Shown: positions 35,837 to 48,600 of the stretch, piece after piece
Layout of the letters: each line of letters begins with the position of its first letter
Position numbering within the stretch: the first letter of the stretch is position 1
NCBI GenBank assembly: GCA_030390025.1
Contig: CM059453.1
Span: forward strand, 6,634,001-6,698,000
Origin: Squalus acanthias
Taxonomy: Eukaryota
Direction: 5' to 3'
Length of the DNA: 64,000 bases
The notes under the pieces: generated by a model
Databases searched by the model: none
The model's input: the letters and a program-made list of their open reading frames with translations, nothing else
What the model was told of the DNA's origin: nothing
Translations under genes and position numbers: made by a program

Positions 35837-37705
35837 TTCTTTCTGTTCTTTTTGTTCCGAAATGAAATAAATGTTCGAACTGGGAAATAGTTATTTTATT
35901 ATTAAAGCAGATGAAAAAGTTTAAAATTACATTGACCATTCACGCCCCCTTCCTGCACAGTTTCGGAAGTATGTTTGGAGTGAACAATCTAGGGGTTGTA
36001 AATCAAATCGTCTCACAAAGAGATTTAAAAATATTAGCTAGTACTCTCTGAGAGATCTCCTTTATCACAGCACTACCTGGAGTGCGCGTTTCTGTTCTAA
36101 CTCATAAAAAACAATTGTGTGAAGATGTTGACCAGTTCCATCTGTCAGAATAGTGTGAATGCCGCTGATTTTAATTTGCTTTTAATTGCGGCTTATTCAC
36201 TGGAATCCTCGTGCTGGAGATATCGCTCCTGCTTTCGAGCGTTTCAAACACTGACAGCTGCATACAGGACCTCTTCACTTTGAGCTGACTGGTTTGATGG
36301 AGCCCCTCTCACTCCAGTGTTTCTATACTTGTCTTGTCTCTTTAACAGAAAGTAGTGCGTTAGATGTGGAGGTACTGAACCTGGTGAGACTGCGCTTACT
36401 ATTCCAGAATAACCCTCTTTATTCCATCACTGCCACCATTCTAATTGTCCTATTCAGCTCCTTCTGCCTCGAAAAGGAAACCTTGGGCTTCCGCTGGCCC
36501 CGAGTACTGGCGCGCCAAGAGTATTGCCCCCGCCTCAACACTTAGACGACTGATTTAAATAGCGCCGCGAACATTCAGAGGAGCGGTACCAAACAACATT
36601 TGAGACCGACCATTAATGTCCCTTTGAACATTTAATAGGTTCACATAACACTTACATTGTACAGAAATCTGTGAGAAGCTGTTTGCGGTGCCCAGGTTAT
36701 TTTCAGCCACGCACCAATACTCCCCGTCATCTCCAGAACTAATGCTGTGAAATATCTGCTTCAGTTCACCGGTGGAAGACCTGCTGACCTCTGTACCATC
36801 TCGGAGCAACGTTAATCTGACCGGCGGGTAACTCATGGTCGTTCAGTATAATAATAATGAACTTCCTTCCACTGTTACTACAGAGGAATTGACGCTTGGT
36901 TTCGAAAGTGCATCTGAAACACGCAAGATCATTGGTGTTATCGGAAAATGTCGGAACAGGTAGTCAAAAAACAATCCGGGTGACAACCAACGAAGAATAT
37001 TGAAGCAGATTTGGTGGTTATATTGTCAACTGTAAATTGAAAAGCCAGCTTGAGATTGTTGATGTTCCCCCGACAAGCTTATTTAGATCTGAACCATGCT
37101 TTAACTCAAACATTCCTCCTCTTGTCTTCAAAGATTTGTATTGACTGCCTGGACGTGGTTCTGCCCCACCGATAAGTCAATCAAGCGGCCATTCCTCCGA
37201 AAGCAAGACCAGTGGACTGTCACATCCCTTCAACAGACCTGTTGAGGCCAATTGTAGTAACCGGACCACCACCCCAGCCAACTCGACAAAAACCCTGTGT
37301 CAACTACACTCTGGCTGCAACTATATCAGGAATTAGGAACCTTTGGAATAATATTTGACGTAAACGAAAACCACGGAGCCAATATGTACCCCATGGGTCT
37401 GTGTCAATGTTAAATAATACAACTTACAATAAATCTCATACAGTCAATTTGATTAATTGATTGTAGAAATATAGGCCATTCAGCACTTCCAGGCTGTTGC
37501 ACTAATAAATTACTCATGGTTAATCCATATCGTAACTCCTTCTACCCGCGTTTCCTTTATACGGTTACCTAAAAAAAAAATCTATACATCGCAGTTTTGA
37601 AATTTTCAATTTTCCAGGCCAGCTATCACTCCATTGAGAATAAAGACAAGTTTGGATCCTATTTACCAACAGGATGGCAGAATGAAGGGTACAGCAGTTA
37701 CTTAC

Positions 37706-38002
37706 AGTCCAGTGTAAGTGTTTCTTGAACGGTACCATCAACTACAAGCTTACATCCCAGACTTTTCCCTTTATGGTCCAGTGATGGTGCAAAGGTGAAA
37801 GTTGATGAAACCGTCCAGGAACCCTCGAAACTTTCGCCATTATGTCTTGAAGGTTTTGTCTCTTGCAGTGAAGGAAGTTTATCCTCGTCCTGAATCCACA
37901 TCAGTTCAGGTTTGGCAGACTGGCAAATGGTGGTGACTGAGCAGGTCAAATGTGCTGGTTGTCCAGCAATCAGTTCCCCAGAGACTGGCATCCATGACTT
38001 AT
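37706..38002 (-). pseudogene. B2 second Ig (C2-set) exon, still open
   Basis: 297 nt; ORF 37698..37991 ELIAGQPAHLTCSVTTIC...W...DHKGKSLGC. Confidence 0.85.
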
Positions 38003-39109
38003 CTGTAAGGAGAGAATGAAATTCGAGTTACAGTGGCTTTCAGAATAATAAAAATATGGAGTGAAGTTCAAGGCGATTCAGCCCAACGCCTGAGATAATA
38101 CCTTGAATATTTTTTTTTTTGCATTTCATCTCTTGTGACGGACACGGACTCGATGGACCGAATGACCTCCTTCTGTGCCATTATGACTATATGGTGCAGG
38201 GGAAGGAGCCTATTGTCAGTTATCACTTAATAGTTACGGAATCAATCGGTTGATATATGTCTTCCTGAACCTAATTATCACCAACTATATAACATGAATT
38301 ATTCATTGTTGGCCAATTTCTTATAGATCAGTCACCACTCTATTGCACACACGTATTTCAACTCAAAATTAGGTCTGACAAACATAGAAAACTGGTTCCA
38401 AGATTATGTTCCATATCTGCAGTTGGGATAGAATCTAGGATATTCTTAGACTAATGGCTCAGTGTGACGTGAAACGCTTAATTTACCCTATGAGGAACAG
38501 GGGTGAATTTAACTCTTGCTGATAATTAATTTGACCTAATTTAAGGTCGTGATAGGAGCGCTGCAGATTGTCTTCAGGGAGAGGAAAAGGTTAACTATCT
38601 TCGTTTATTCCCATTAACAACAGCGGGAAAGTGCAAATATATCAGAGAAAGCAAGACCCGTTTCGGGGTTTAAGCCCCACTTCAGAGACTAAAGCTTAAG
38701 CTGTAGCCTGACACTCCATTGCAGTACTGAAGCATTGCTACAATGCTGGAGATGCCATCTTATGGATGAAACGTTAAACCGATGTCCCGGCTTCCCTCAC
38801 AGGTGGATGATAAAGGTCCTAATGTATTATTTCAAATGTCCCGTGTCCTGGTTAATATTTTGCATCAACCAGCTCCTAAAACAGATCATCTGGTCACTAT
38901 TGCATTGCTGAGATATCCCTCCTATACTTAAATCTTATCCACTTATTCTCCTCAGAATTACAAACCTTGACATTTTTGTCCCGAATCCACGAAGGATTGA
39001 ATATTGATCCGCCAGTCTGTACATCTGAATACAACATTTAGTGTTTATCTTTCTAACTGAACATTACAGCGAGCTTCTGTAATTGTGTAAGAATGGCAGT
39101 GCTGAATAT

Positions 39110-40710
39110 CTGTTCAGGTCAAAACATAACAAGTCAACTGGTCCAAATGGGATGCATCCTAGGTTGTTCAAAAGCTAGGATGGATATAGCAGAAGCTCTG
39201 ACCACAATCTTTCAATCCTCCTTGGATATTGGAGTGATACCACAAGATTAGAGCATTTTGAAATGTTACACCGCTGTTCAAAAAAGTGGAGACGGATGAA
39301 CCTGGGAACTAAAGCTTAATCAGTCTAACGTCAGTGTTGGGAAAGCTAAATAAGTCCACTGTGAAGGACGAGATTAATTCTCACTTTCAGAAGCATGGAT
39401 TTATTAGGGACAGCCAGCAGGGCTTTGTTAAAGGCAAATCGTGACTGACTATCCTGATTGAGTTATTTGGTGAAGTAATAGAGAGGGTTGATGAAGGTAG
39501 TGCAGTAGCTGTTGTATATGTGGACGTTCAAAAGGCATTAGATGAAGTAACTCATAACAGACTATTCGGAAAAAAGAAGAACAGTGTATTTAAGGGATGG
39601 TGGCAACGTGATTACGAAATCGGTTAAGGGATATAGGCAGAGAGTCGTAGTGAACGGTTGCTTTTCTAACAGGAGCGAGGTATGCTGTGGGATCGGCCAG
39701 AGGGTCGATATTAGGACCATTGCTATTCTTGTTCTATATAAATGATCTGCACTTGGGATATGGGAGTTACGTTTCAAAGTTTTCAGGTGATACAAAACTG
39801 GGCAACGTATTAAATAGTGGGCATGATCGTAGAAGAGTTTAGGAGGACATCTACAGAATGTTAAAATGGGCAGGCACATGGCAGATGCAATTTACTGCGG
39901 ATAAGTGTGAAGCACAAATGCACTTTGGGAGAAATATATGGAGAGGCAACATACTCTAACTAGTACTATTTTGAGGTAGGCTGCAAGAACAGAGGGACAT
40001 GGGGTACATATTGGCAAATCTTTGAAGATGGCAGGGTAAATTGATAAGGCGTTTAAAAAGAAAGCACATAGGATACTTCGGTTCTTTTTACAGAGGGGCG
40101 TTGAAAACAAAAATAAGGAAGTCATGCTCAAGTTTCACAAATCTCTGGTTTGGCCTCAGCTGGAGTTTTGTGTCCAATTCTCGGCTCTACACTTGAGGAA
40201 GGAGATCAAGCCTTGGAGGAGGTAAAGAAGAAGTTTGCCAGGATAATACAAGGGACGAGGATGTTCAGATATGTGTAGAGATTGGAGAAGCTGGGCTTGT
40301 TCTCCTTAAAGCAGATAAGGATAACGGGAGACCTAACAGTGCTATTCAAAATTGAAGGGTTTTGATAGAATAATTAAGGAGAAACCATTTCCTCTGGCAT
40401 TTGGGTTGGTAATCAAAGTTCTCACATTTAAACCAATTGGCATAATAACTCGTGGGGAAATGGGGAGAAATTTCTTCACCCAGAGGGTTGCTAAGATTTA
40501 GAATGCACCACCTGAAAGACTTGTGGAATCCGATTCAATGGAAAAAATTTAAAAGCAATTGGAGCTGTCCTAAAAAGAAGGTTGATTTACAGGGTTCTGT
40601 GGAAAAAGATGGGAGTGGAACTAAATTCTATAGCTCTTTCAAAGAGCCGGCACAGGCGTGGTGGGCCGAATCGTCTCCTTCTGTGCTTTAAGATTCTATG
40701 ATTCTATTCT
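39110..40710 (+). mobile_element. CR1 LINE fragment, duplicate of 3265-4870
   Basis: Same sequence and same intronic position as in unit 1. Confidence 0.9.
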
Positions 40711-40866
40711 ATAACACACCCATGGGTATCATGCAGTGCACCAGCCCTGCAGCTGTAGCCTGTGACTTGGGCCAAGAGTAACAAGACATCTTTACATTTA
40801 AGCTCAAGTTAAATGGCACTGAGGAGATCGAAGATAAACTACAAAGGAACAATTCAAAAAACTTAC

Positions 40867-41247
40867 GTAAAACAGAAAGCGTGACCTTAGACCTGGAAGA
40901 ATATCGTTCTATATTATTCTGGGCGGTGATGATCTTCAATATGAAATAATAGGCACCTTGATCGCGCTTGCTGATGTCCTTTAACCGTAAGGAACATTGT
41001 TTCTTTATAACTTCGCCGGTGAACTCAGCTCGACCGCTATATTTCAAGGGCACTTTGTCTAAATCCATGGAATCAGAAATAATCGAGACCCTGAGGTTCC
41101 AGGATCAGGACCCCCCTTTAACCACATACTCTGTGGACTGCGTCCAAAGGCGGGATAATCAAATGTACACGGGATCTCTGCACATGACCCGTTCACCGCC
41201 GACACCTTTTATCGGCATCCTCACAGACCATCGTGAACTGTGGACAA
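40867..41247 (-). pseudogene. B2 V-set Ig exon, frameshifted
   Basis: Corrected frame reads GSCAEIPCTFDYP...MWLK...CSLRLKDISKRDQGAYYFILKI. Confidence 0.88.
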
Positions 41248-42487
41248 CTGGTGAAAAAATAGAAATTATAGACGCATTGAAATCTGCAATAATATAGCAA
41301 TTTAATCGTACTCTGACCGTCAAGTTAAATACTATTAATTTAACCTTTAAAGACCCACTAACATATTCATTAGTACATCTAATGAAATTCGTGCAATTTT
41401 CTACAAAACTCTTTAAATTGTATTAAATATTCCATTGCAAACCAATAAACCATAGCGTAATTATCAAATCAATCCTATATAATACACAACAAAAGTTCCG
41501 AATAAAATGTACAGTAAATACGCACTGTGTGAATGCACAAATCATTGGCTAATCGCATGCTATGTCTAAAACATTGTTATTTTTTCTGACATAAATTATT
41601 AAAAATGAATATTTTACCTTGGCTAAATATCAGAATGGAAATAAATCGAATGCTCTTCATGACTGGAGCTGGTTGACGATATCAAAATGACATAAATTGT
41701 TGTTATCTCAGATATAAGTGATGTAGTTTCTGTTTTCGGTTCGACAGTAATATATTGAAGTTCGTAATGAATTGAATCAGAGTATTAGGAGTTCAGCTGT
41801 TCGCCACCCACCAATCATTGGGAACCGTGGTAGCTCACATAGCTTTCGCCACTCATCAAATGTTGTTGATCTAAACTGCTGGAAATCTTGGACTCCTCAA
41901 ATATAACAGTTTACATTAGTGTGTGGCCCGCTGTTGCAGGATATATGAGGCTCACTTACTGCTAAAGAACCCTGAGCAGAGATGCACCCAGCGCTCTCAT
42001 CATCTGCACATTTACAGTACAGTCAGTGGCACTTTAGTTTCCAATAGCTAAAATAGCCTCGGCATGAACTTTAGACGCCTCGACTCTAAACTCCCACACA
42101 CTGAGCTATTTATCAGCGCATTAACTGCGAGTGTTTCAAGTCTGAAGCTGTGGTTATTTCTGTAGCCGTTGTCGACAGACGTGTGGCTTGATCACGTTCA
42201 GTGGTTCGGGGGCACATCACGTATCTGTTCAAGTGTTTCTCAGTTTACAGTTTCAAGAGCGAAATGTGCCATTTTTAGAAGTGACTTCAGCTGTTTATAT
42301 TAACAGTCCTACGAGCTGAAATCTGCTGCAATTAACTCATTCAGATCCGAATTGCGACGATGACAGGTTTATGAAGTTTCTGACTTTAGTTTTAGAACTG
42401 TGAGGTGTGACTTGAGCTTTTAGATTCGAGTCTCAGAGCTGCTGGAAAGAATGTGGACATTTTTATCTACGGGAACATATCTCTGCG

Positions 42488-42671
42488 ATGTGTTTTCACA
42501 CCCAGGTCTCAGCTTGGCTTCACTGACTAGTTTAGGGATGTGTGTTCACACCCAGGTCACAGCTTGGCTTTACTGACCATTTCAGGGATGTGTGTTCAGA
42601 CCCAGGTCTCAACTTGGCTTTACTGACTAGTTATGGAATGTGTGTTCAGACCCAGGTTTCAGTTTGCTTTA
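42488..42671. repeat. 50-bp tandem repeat, paralog of 6660-6843
   Basis: Same unit, ~3.5 copies. Confidence 0.9.
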
Positions 42672-43344
42672 ACAATAAAATAAGCCACAATGTCTGGTCA
42701 ATCCCAGAGTGGCGGTTGGTGCAATGCAACATGCTCAATGAATCTCCACACAAGGCCCAGTTTGCTCAGCTTCCTCCTACATTTCACGTCTTCACTGTTT
42801 ACAGGCCACGAAGGACATGCTTGTTTTTCGAAAGTTCATCTCTGATTACCGTTACTTTCTCAATTTGCACCTAATCTCTGTCCATATCTTTACTGTCTCC
42901 CTGTCGCTGTCTTCCTCTTCCATTCTCGAGGGTGCCTAGATATACCTAGTTTAGTAAAGGTGGCAGGGATTTTCCTCTCGTGGCTTAATTGAAAACTACA
43001 CCCAGAATACGCTGGAAATTGTGCCAATTTCGACTAGCTGAAGTTACGTTCAAGTTTCCACTCACACTCATTAGCATAAGCCCCGAATGTAAACTCTCAC
43101 ATGAACCTGGGCAATTGAGCGTAATCGATGCGTGACTGAAATAGGGGGCACTTGTACAGCATCACAAAGCGGGGTGGGTTTCTGTTGAAATGAGCCAATC
43201 TTACGCTTCTCTGATTGGCCAGTGAGGATGACGTGTCACCAATCTAATAAAAATTAACGCAATTGCCCCATTTTTACGCAGAATCAAAAAGATCCAAATT
43301 GTCATTAACTATAAGGAGAAACTTTGTGAAATGATATCATTTTT

Positions 43345-43620
43345 GGCCGTATCGACAATGCTCTCTCGTCCCTCCGGTGTCCACCGCTCGCGGAAGGACT
43401 CAGGCATATCGGGAATCACCGCATGCTCCCACTCCAGGGACACAGGAACGTGTTGCGAGGCAGGCAGTCAGACCAAATGTTCCCCTGGACCGGTTACTGC
43501 CTGGACCTGTGAATGGCCACCTTGGCCAAGCCCAAGAGCTGACCCACGAGGAGGTCCGGCGACTTCCCCTCCGCACCAGGTGGCCAATGAGAATTACTGT
43601 GTCTCCCTATATTGACCACA
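43345..43620 (-). mobile_element. Tx1-clade LINE fragment, duplicate of 7500-7810
   Basis: Near-identical to the unit 1 copy. Confidence 0.65.
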
Positions 43621-43707
43621 CTGATCTGTTTGGCCGAAACTAACGGTTCAATCAATTTTATCTGTGTCTGTTACAGCAACATTTGTATTTACGACAGGAA
43701 CCTTTAT

Positions 43708-44560
43708 TCCATTTCACACGTCCCAGACCTCATAACTAACTTTTTATAAATGCACTGCAACAAATAGGGTGGAATTTGTGTTCAGTACTGCAAAATTACT
43801 GAGCATAAGTGTAAATGTAAAGAGTTAAATCAATTAGAAGAAAGGCTGTTTACCACAGCGTAACACGGTTAACTGTCAAACAGATCCTATCTATGACGTC
43901 AGAGATGCATGTGTAGCGCTCCTTAAAGAAAGTAACGAAACCACACGTTCACAGACTGCAGCAAGCTAAATAATTGTAGTTAACCACTCTCCATCATTCA
44001 TCTCGTATTAGCTAGCAGAAAGCTGAATATGTGTGAAATGTGAGTCAGAGGCGTCCGCAAGCGTGGGCGGTGCCATTCTGACACAGACGCCAATATATCA
44101 ATATCATAAGTAAAAGTACATTTGTTGTTTGTGTGTGTTTATTAGAGAGAGCGAGATGTTGTTTCTGTATTAAGTACTCTTTAGCAACTGTTAAACATAA
44201 CATAACATCATATTCTGTTACAGTCGGTCACACGCTGACCATGTACAAGATGTGCTGGCTGCCTATCTCACCAACGGACCTGATTGAGTGAGCACTGTTC
44301 CTACAGATCGTTAGGAATCGAAACGGACTTCCGCGATAGTCTAATCCTGATTAGCAAAGAAATCCAAGATGTGACTGGAAAGAAGAATGCTGAAATCTGA
44401 ATGGGTTTAATTGTGAAATAGGTTCTTAAATTTGAGAATGAATTCGGCAGCAGATTCCAGCCATGAGGAGTTGTGCGCTCGTTTCGTAGATTTTCACTTC
44501 AGTGCTTAAGGATAAATCAATCTATGTGCAAAGTGGGCAAATATTATAATATCCCTGATC
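43708..44560 (+). pseudogene. Vestigial extra copy of the A-gene promoter and leader start
   Basis: Repeats 7893-8670 and 44899-45670. gccATGAGGAGTTGTGCG (ATG at 44463) is joined to sequence resembling the intron after the V exon (compare 9746-9810). Confidence 0.75.
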
Positions 44561-45655
44561 GGGTGGGAAACCTGTGGGAGGGCTCAGCCCAGCATACAAC
44601 ACCGCGCCCGATGTTCATTCACCTCGAATTCAAATAATAAATCAACTGATGACTGATTCTGGTGAAGTTGATTTTAAGATCTGAGACTCTTGTCCCCAAT
44701 TGGAATAATTAGTTCGATCCTGAACACACGTCAATTTCATTCCACTTGCTCCCAGTGAAATTTGGAGAAAAAATGGCTGAGAATTACTATGTATCGAGGA
44801 TTCTGCCCACACTGATCATGTTGCAGGACCTGTTGTTTCAATCATTTTCAGCTGCATATTTTCCAGCGGTGTTTGCATTTTCGACAAAAAGGTTCAAGTC
44901 CATTTTACACGTCCCAGACCTCAAACCTAAATTGCAATAAAAGCACTGCAACAAATAGGGTAGATTTTCTATTATGTTCTGCAAAGTTAGCAAGCTTGAG
45001 TGTGAATGTAAAGACTTAATTTAAGCAGATGAAAGGATATCTACCACAGCGTCAAACGGTTTACTGTGGAACAGCTCCAATCTATGACGTCAGAGATGCA
45101 TATGTCGTGCTCCTCAACGAAAGTGACGAAACCGCACGTCCACAGACTGCAGCAAGCTAACTTACTGTCGTTACACCTCTGCATCATTCATCTCGGATGA
45201 GCTGCCAGGAAGCTGAATATGTATGAAATGTGATTCAAATGCATCTGCAAGCGTGGGCTGCACATTCTGTCGCAGCCGCCGACATATCAGCATCATAAGT
45301 AACTGTACATTTGGTGTTTGTATGTGTTTGTTCGAGAGAGAGAGAGAGAGATGTTGTTTCTGTATTAAGTATTATTTTGCAACGGTTAAACATACCATGA
45401 CATCTTATTCTGTAACAGTCGGTCACAGGCAGCCCATGTACATGATGTGCCAGCTGCCTACCTCACCAACGGAGCTGATTCTGTGAGCACTGATCCTGGA
45501 GATCAGTATGCTCGAATCGGACTTCCCCGATAGTCTGATGCTGATTAGCAAAGAAATCCAAGATATGACTGGAAAGAAGAATGCTGAAATCTGAATGGTG
45601 TTAATTGTGAATTGGGTTCTTCATTTTGCGAGTGAAATCGGCAACAGTTCCAGCC

Positions 45656-48600
45656 ATGAGGAGTTGCACGTTGCTGCCTCTCATAATGTTGACAGAAGGT
45701 ACATTTCAGATTTTTTTTTACAATTTCTGCAAGTGATAAATATCTTGTGGGAAAGGAACAGCATAATAACGAATATGAATGATTTTTTTGTTATTCATTT
45801 CAGAACTTGTGAAATAGGAATGTCATGATTGTTTAACACTTGCGTTGTTGTTGTATTATAGCGTATACAGCCTATTCAAATAATATTTAAATACAGGATT
45901 TTCAACTTATTTTTATTGTAAAGCACATTTAATAAAATTTACTTCATATTGATTGAGTGATTTAGAGGAGATTCATCCGATGATTAATATTTATTTTGAT
46001 CAATATTTTAATACCTATTCAATGAGAATATTTATTCGGCGTTCGCTTACTTGTTAGTGGATATGTATTCGTTTTTTAGATGAGTATTAAATATGTTGTT
46101 TATGTATATTACCGGATCATAAATCTCCCATCAAATAGGTATTCCTATGGCCATTTCCATAGGTGTTGTAATTGGAAATGATTCAGTATTTTTTCTTGAT
46201 TTTTAAAAGACTGATATTTTATTTGCTATTGTGATGGGCGATTATTTGTCAATTAACAAATACTTTAATGGATTATAAAGATGCTGAAATGCATTTTCAA
46301 TGACTAATTAAAGGGTGTCTAATTTATTTTTCTCAGTTGTTTTTAGTGCTGAATTCTCTGTGATGATACCAAAAGCTGTGTCGGCGGTGGCCGGTTCATG
46401 TGCAGAGATCCGGTGTACGTTTGATTATCCAGACGATCGGAGAATCGGTGATGTGACGTGGTTAAAGAAGGAACATGCTCCTGGTATCCCTGGCTTCTCC
46501 ATTATCTATGATTCTAAAGATCCATACAAGCAGCATTATAACTATCGTGGAAGAGCTGAGTTCAAGTGTAACATTGAAAAGAATCAATGTTCCCTCCTGC
46601 TAAAGGATATCAGGAAGAGTGATGAGGGTACATACGAACTCAGCTTCGAGTTCTCTTCGGCCTGGTATATTAATGGATGTCGCAATCAGCGTCCTCACGT
46701 ATTTCTTTCTGTTTTAGGTGAGTTTTCCCTTTGTTCCTTTTGTACATTTTCACTCCAGTGCTTCAGTATGAATCAACGTATGTGCAAAGTGGACACATAT
46801 TGTAATATCCCTGACGCATCTCAAAGGGTAGTTGAAACAATGGGTGCAGGGATACTGATAAGGGTCGCAGATGTCTGATATCCTAAACACAGAAGTATAT
46901 AGAAATTACAGCAGTAAAACAGGCCGTTTGGACCAGACAGTCCGTGTTGCTGTTTGACCTTCACATCAGCAACACTCCAAATTGCATTTGCCTGCTAAGT
47001 TCCCATATCCCTTTATTGCAATTCCCTTCCAACACGTGTCGAACCTATTAAGAAATGTTCACATGAGGATAGATTAGTACTTGCTTACTGAACCTAAAAC
47101 TGACGTTGTAGGTCGTTCTTCCAATACATAAACCAGCAACTCTTTATTTCCAATGAAATGAAAGATAATGAAACGAGGGCGATTGTTAGAATGGGTGACT
47201 TATCTGGAATGAGAGTTTTGACCACGTTGGCCATTTCAAATTCTACTTCAGTCAGCTTCTACCTATCTGTCGTGTTGCTTAATAAGTTTAAGCACATCTA
47301 TCAAATCGTCCCAAAGTCTGTTTTAGCCTTATAATATCTGCCCCAATTATTAAATACTTGCTTGGTATTTATACATCCTCATACCAGCCAGAAACCACGC
47401 GAATCCGCCCTAAATCCTTCCTATAGTCTGGTGCCCAATACCCGCATTCTTACTCCAAATGTGAACTGACGACGGCTCTCGTTAGAATCTCCACTATTCT
47501 CGAATTTATATTATTGATCTCTTGCCATTAAACCCAGAGCTCCAGAAACATCTTCATACACTTTCCCACTGGAGGTGCCACTTTTACTGTCTCATGAACC
47601 TGACCCCAAATTCCTCTGCTGATTCCACATCTCCCAGCTTCCTACGGTTCAAATTAACATCTACCACATCATATTTTCTGACCTTTAATTATATCTGCCT
47701 CTTATGTCCCCATTCTACTATATCTCCAGTATCTTTTTGTAACATCGCTTAAGTTTTCTAGTTATCAACTGGGAGTTGTACTTGCAAGGTTGGCATGGGT
47801 GTCAATCTGGCGATATTGGATGCGCCTCTAATTGTCCACCCCGCCCAATTTTCATTTTGATGAAATCCAATTAATTCCTGCCGGGAAATTTTGACATTTT
47901 TCTCTTTAGCGCCTTCTCCAAATTATTGATGCACACAGTGAGTAGAAACAATCCCACAGTACAACCCTATGGGAAACCGTACTGGGATCCAACTTTTCTG
48001 AACAACTGCGCCTAACAGCGACTCGCTGCATCGTCCCTTTTAAACAGTTTGTATTGCAAGTTCTACCATATCCTTAAATCCAAACGTTTAATATCTTCTG
48101 CAATAATCTCCTCTGTTTACCGTCGGTAATGACTGCTTGATTACATTTCAAGTTACTTTTTGGTGAAGCGTCTTTTGACGTACGAGGACTTAAAAGGCGT
48201 TGAATTAATGCAGTCTTTGTTCGTGCCTTTCCCTGTCCAACGCTCATTTACCCCGCTTTTAATTAGATCTTAATTAAAAATTAGATATTTCAGTAACGTG
48301 AAAATCAGTTCAAGCTATAATTTATTTGTTCATTCAAATCCCAAGGCTACAAATACTATTTCTGCGGAAGCCTTCTTCAGATTTACACGCAAGGAACCTG
48401 CTCTGCTTCTCCCACACACGATGGTGTTTCCCGTCGTTTGTCTGGTCTGTCTATGTCTTGAGCATTATCGTTCTATGTTGACGTTTCTTGACAACAGAAT
48501 CGAGATCTGTCTGGGTCTGCATTAATCACCATCACATAGGCAATTGCTGGTGCAGAACAAGGTATGCGATAGGATGAAATATTCGTGACATTTGAGGAAT

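Larger units (their letters stand above)
36181..42003 (-). pseudogene. Siglec/MAG-like pseudogene B2 (leader 42003-41960, V 41247-40867, C2 38002-37706, C2 36913-36656, cytoplasmic exon 36339-36181)
   Basis: V exon has +1 and -1 indels with an intervening stop. TGA at 36843-36845 replaces Cys in the third domain. Tail reads EEVLYAAVSV*...SSE*AAIK. Leader has TAG. No TM exon. Confidence 0.87.

Noticed and set aside
36843-36845. TGA replacing Cys in both B genes as selenocysteine
   Set aside because: The same genes carry frameshifts and other stops; a single pre-duplication nonsense mutation explains it, and I see no SECIS evidence.
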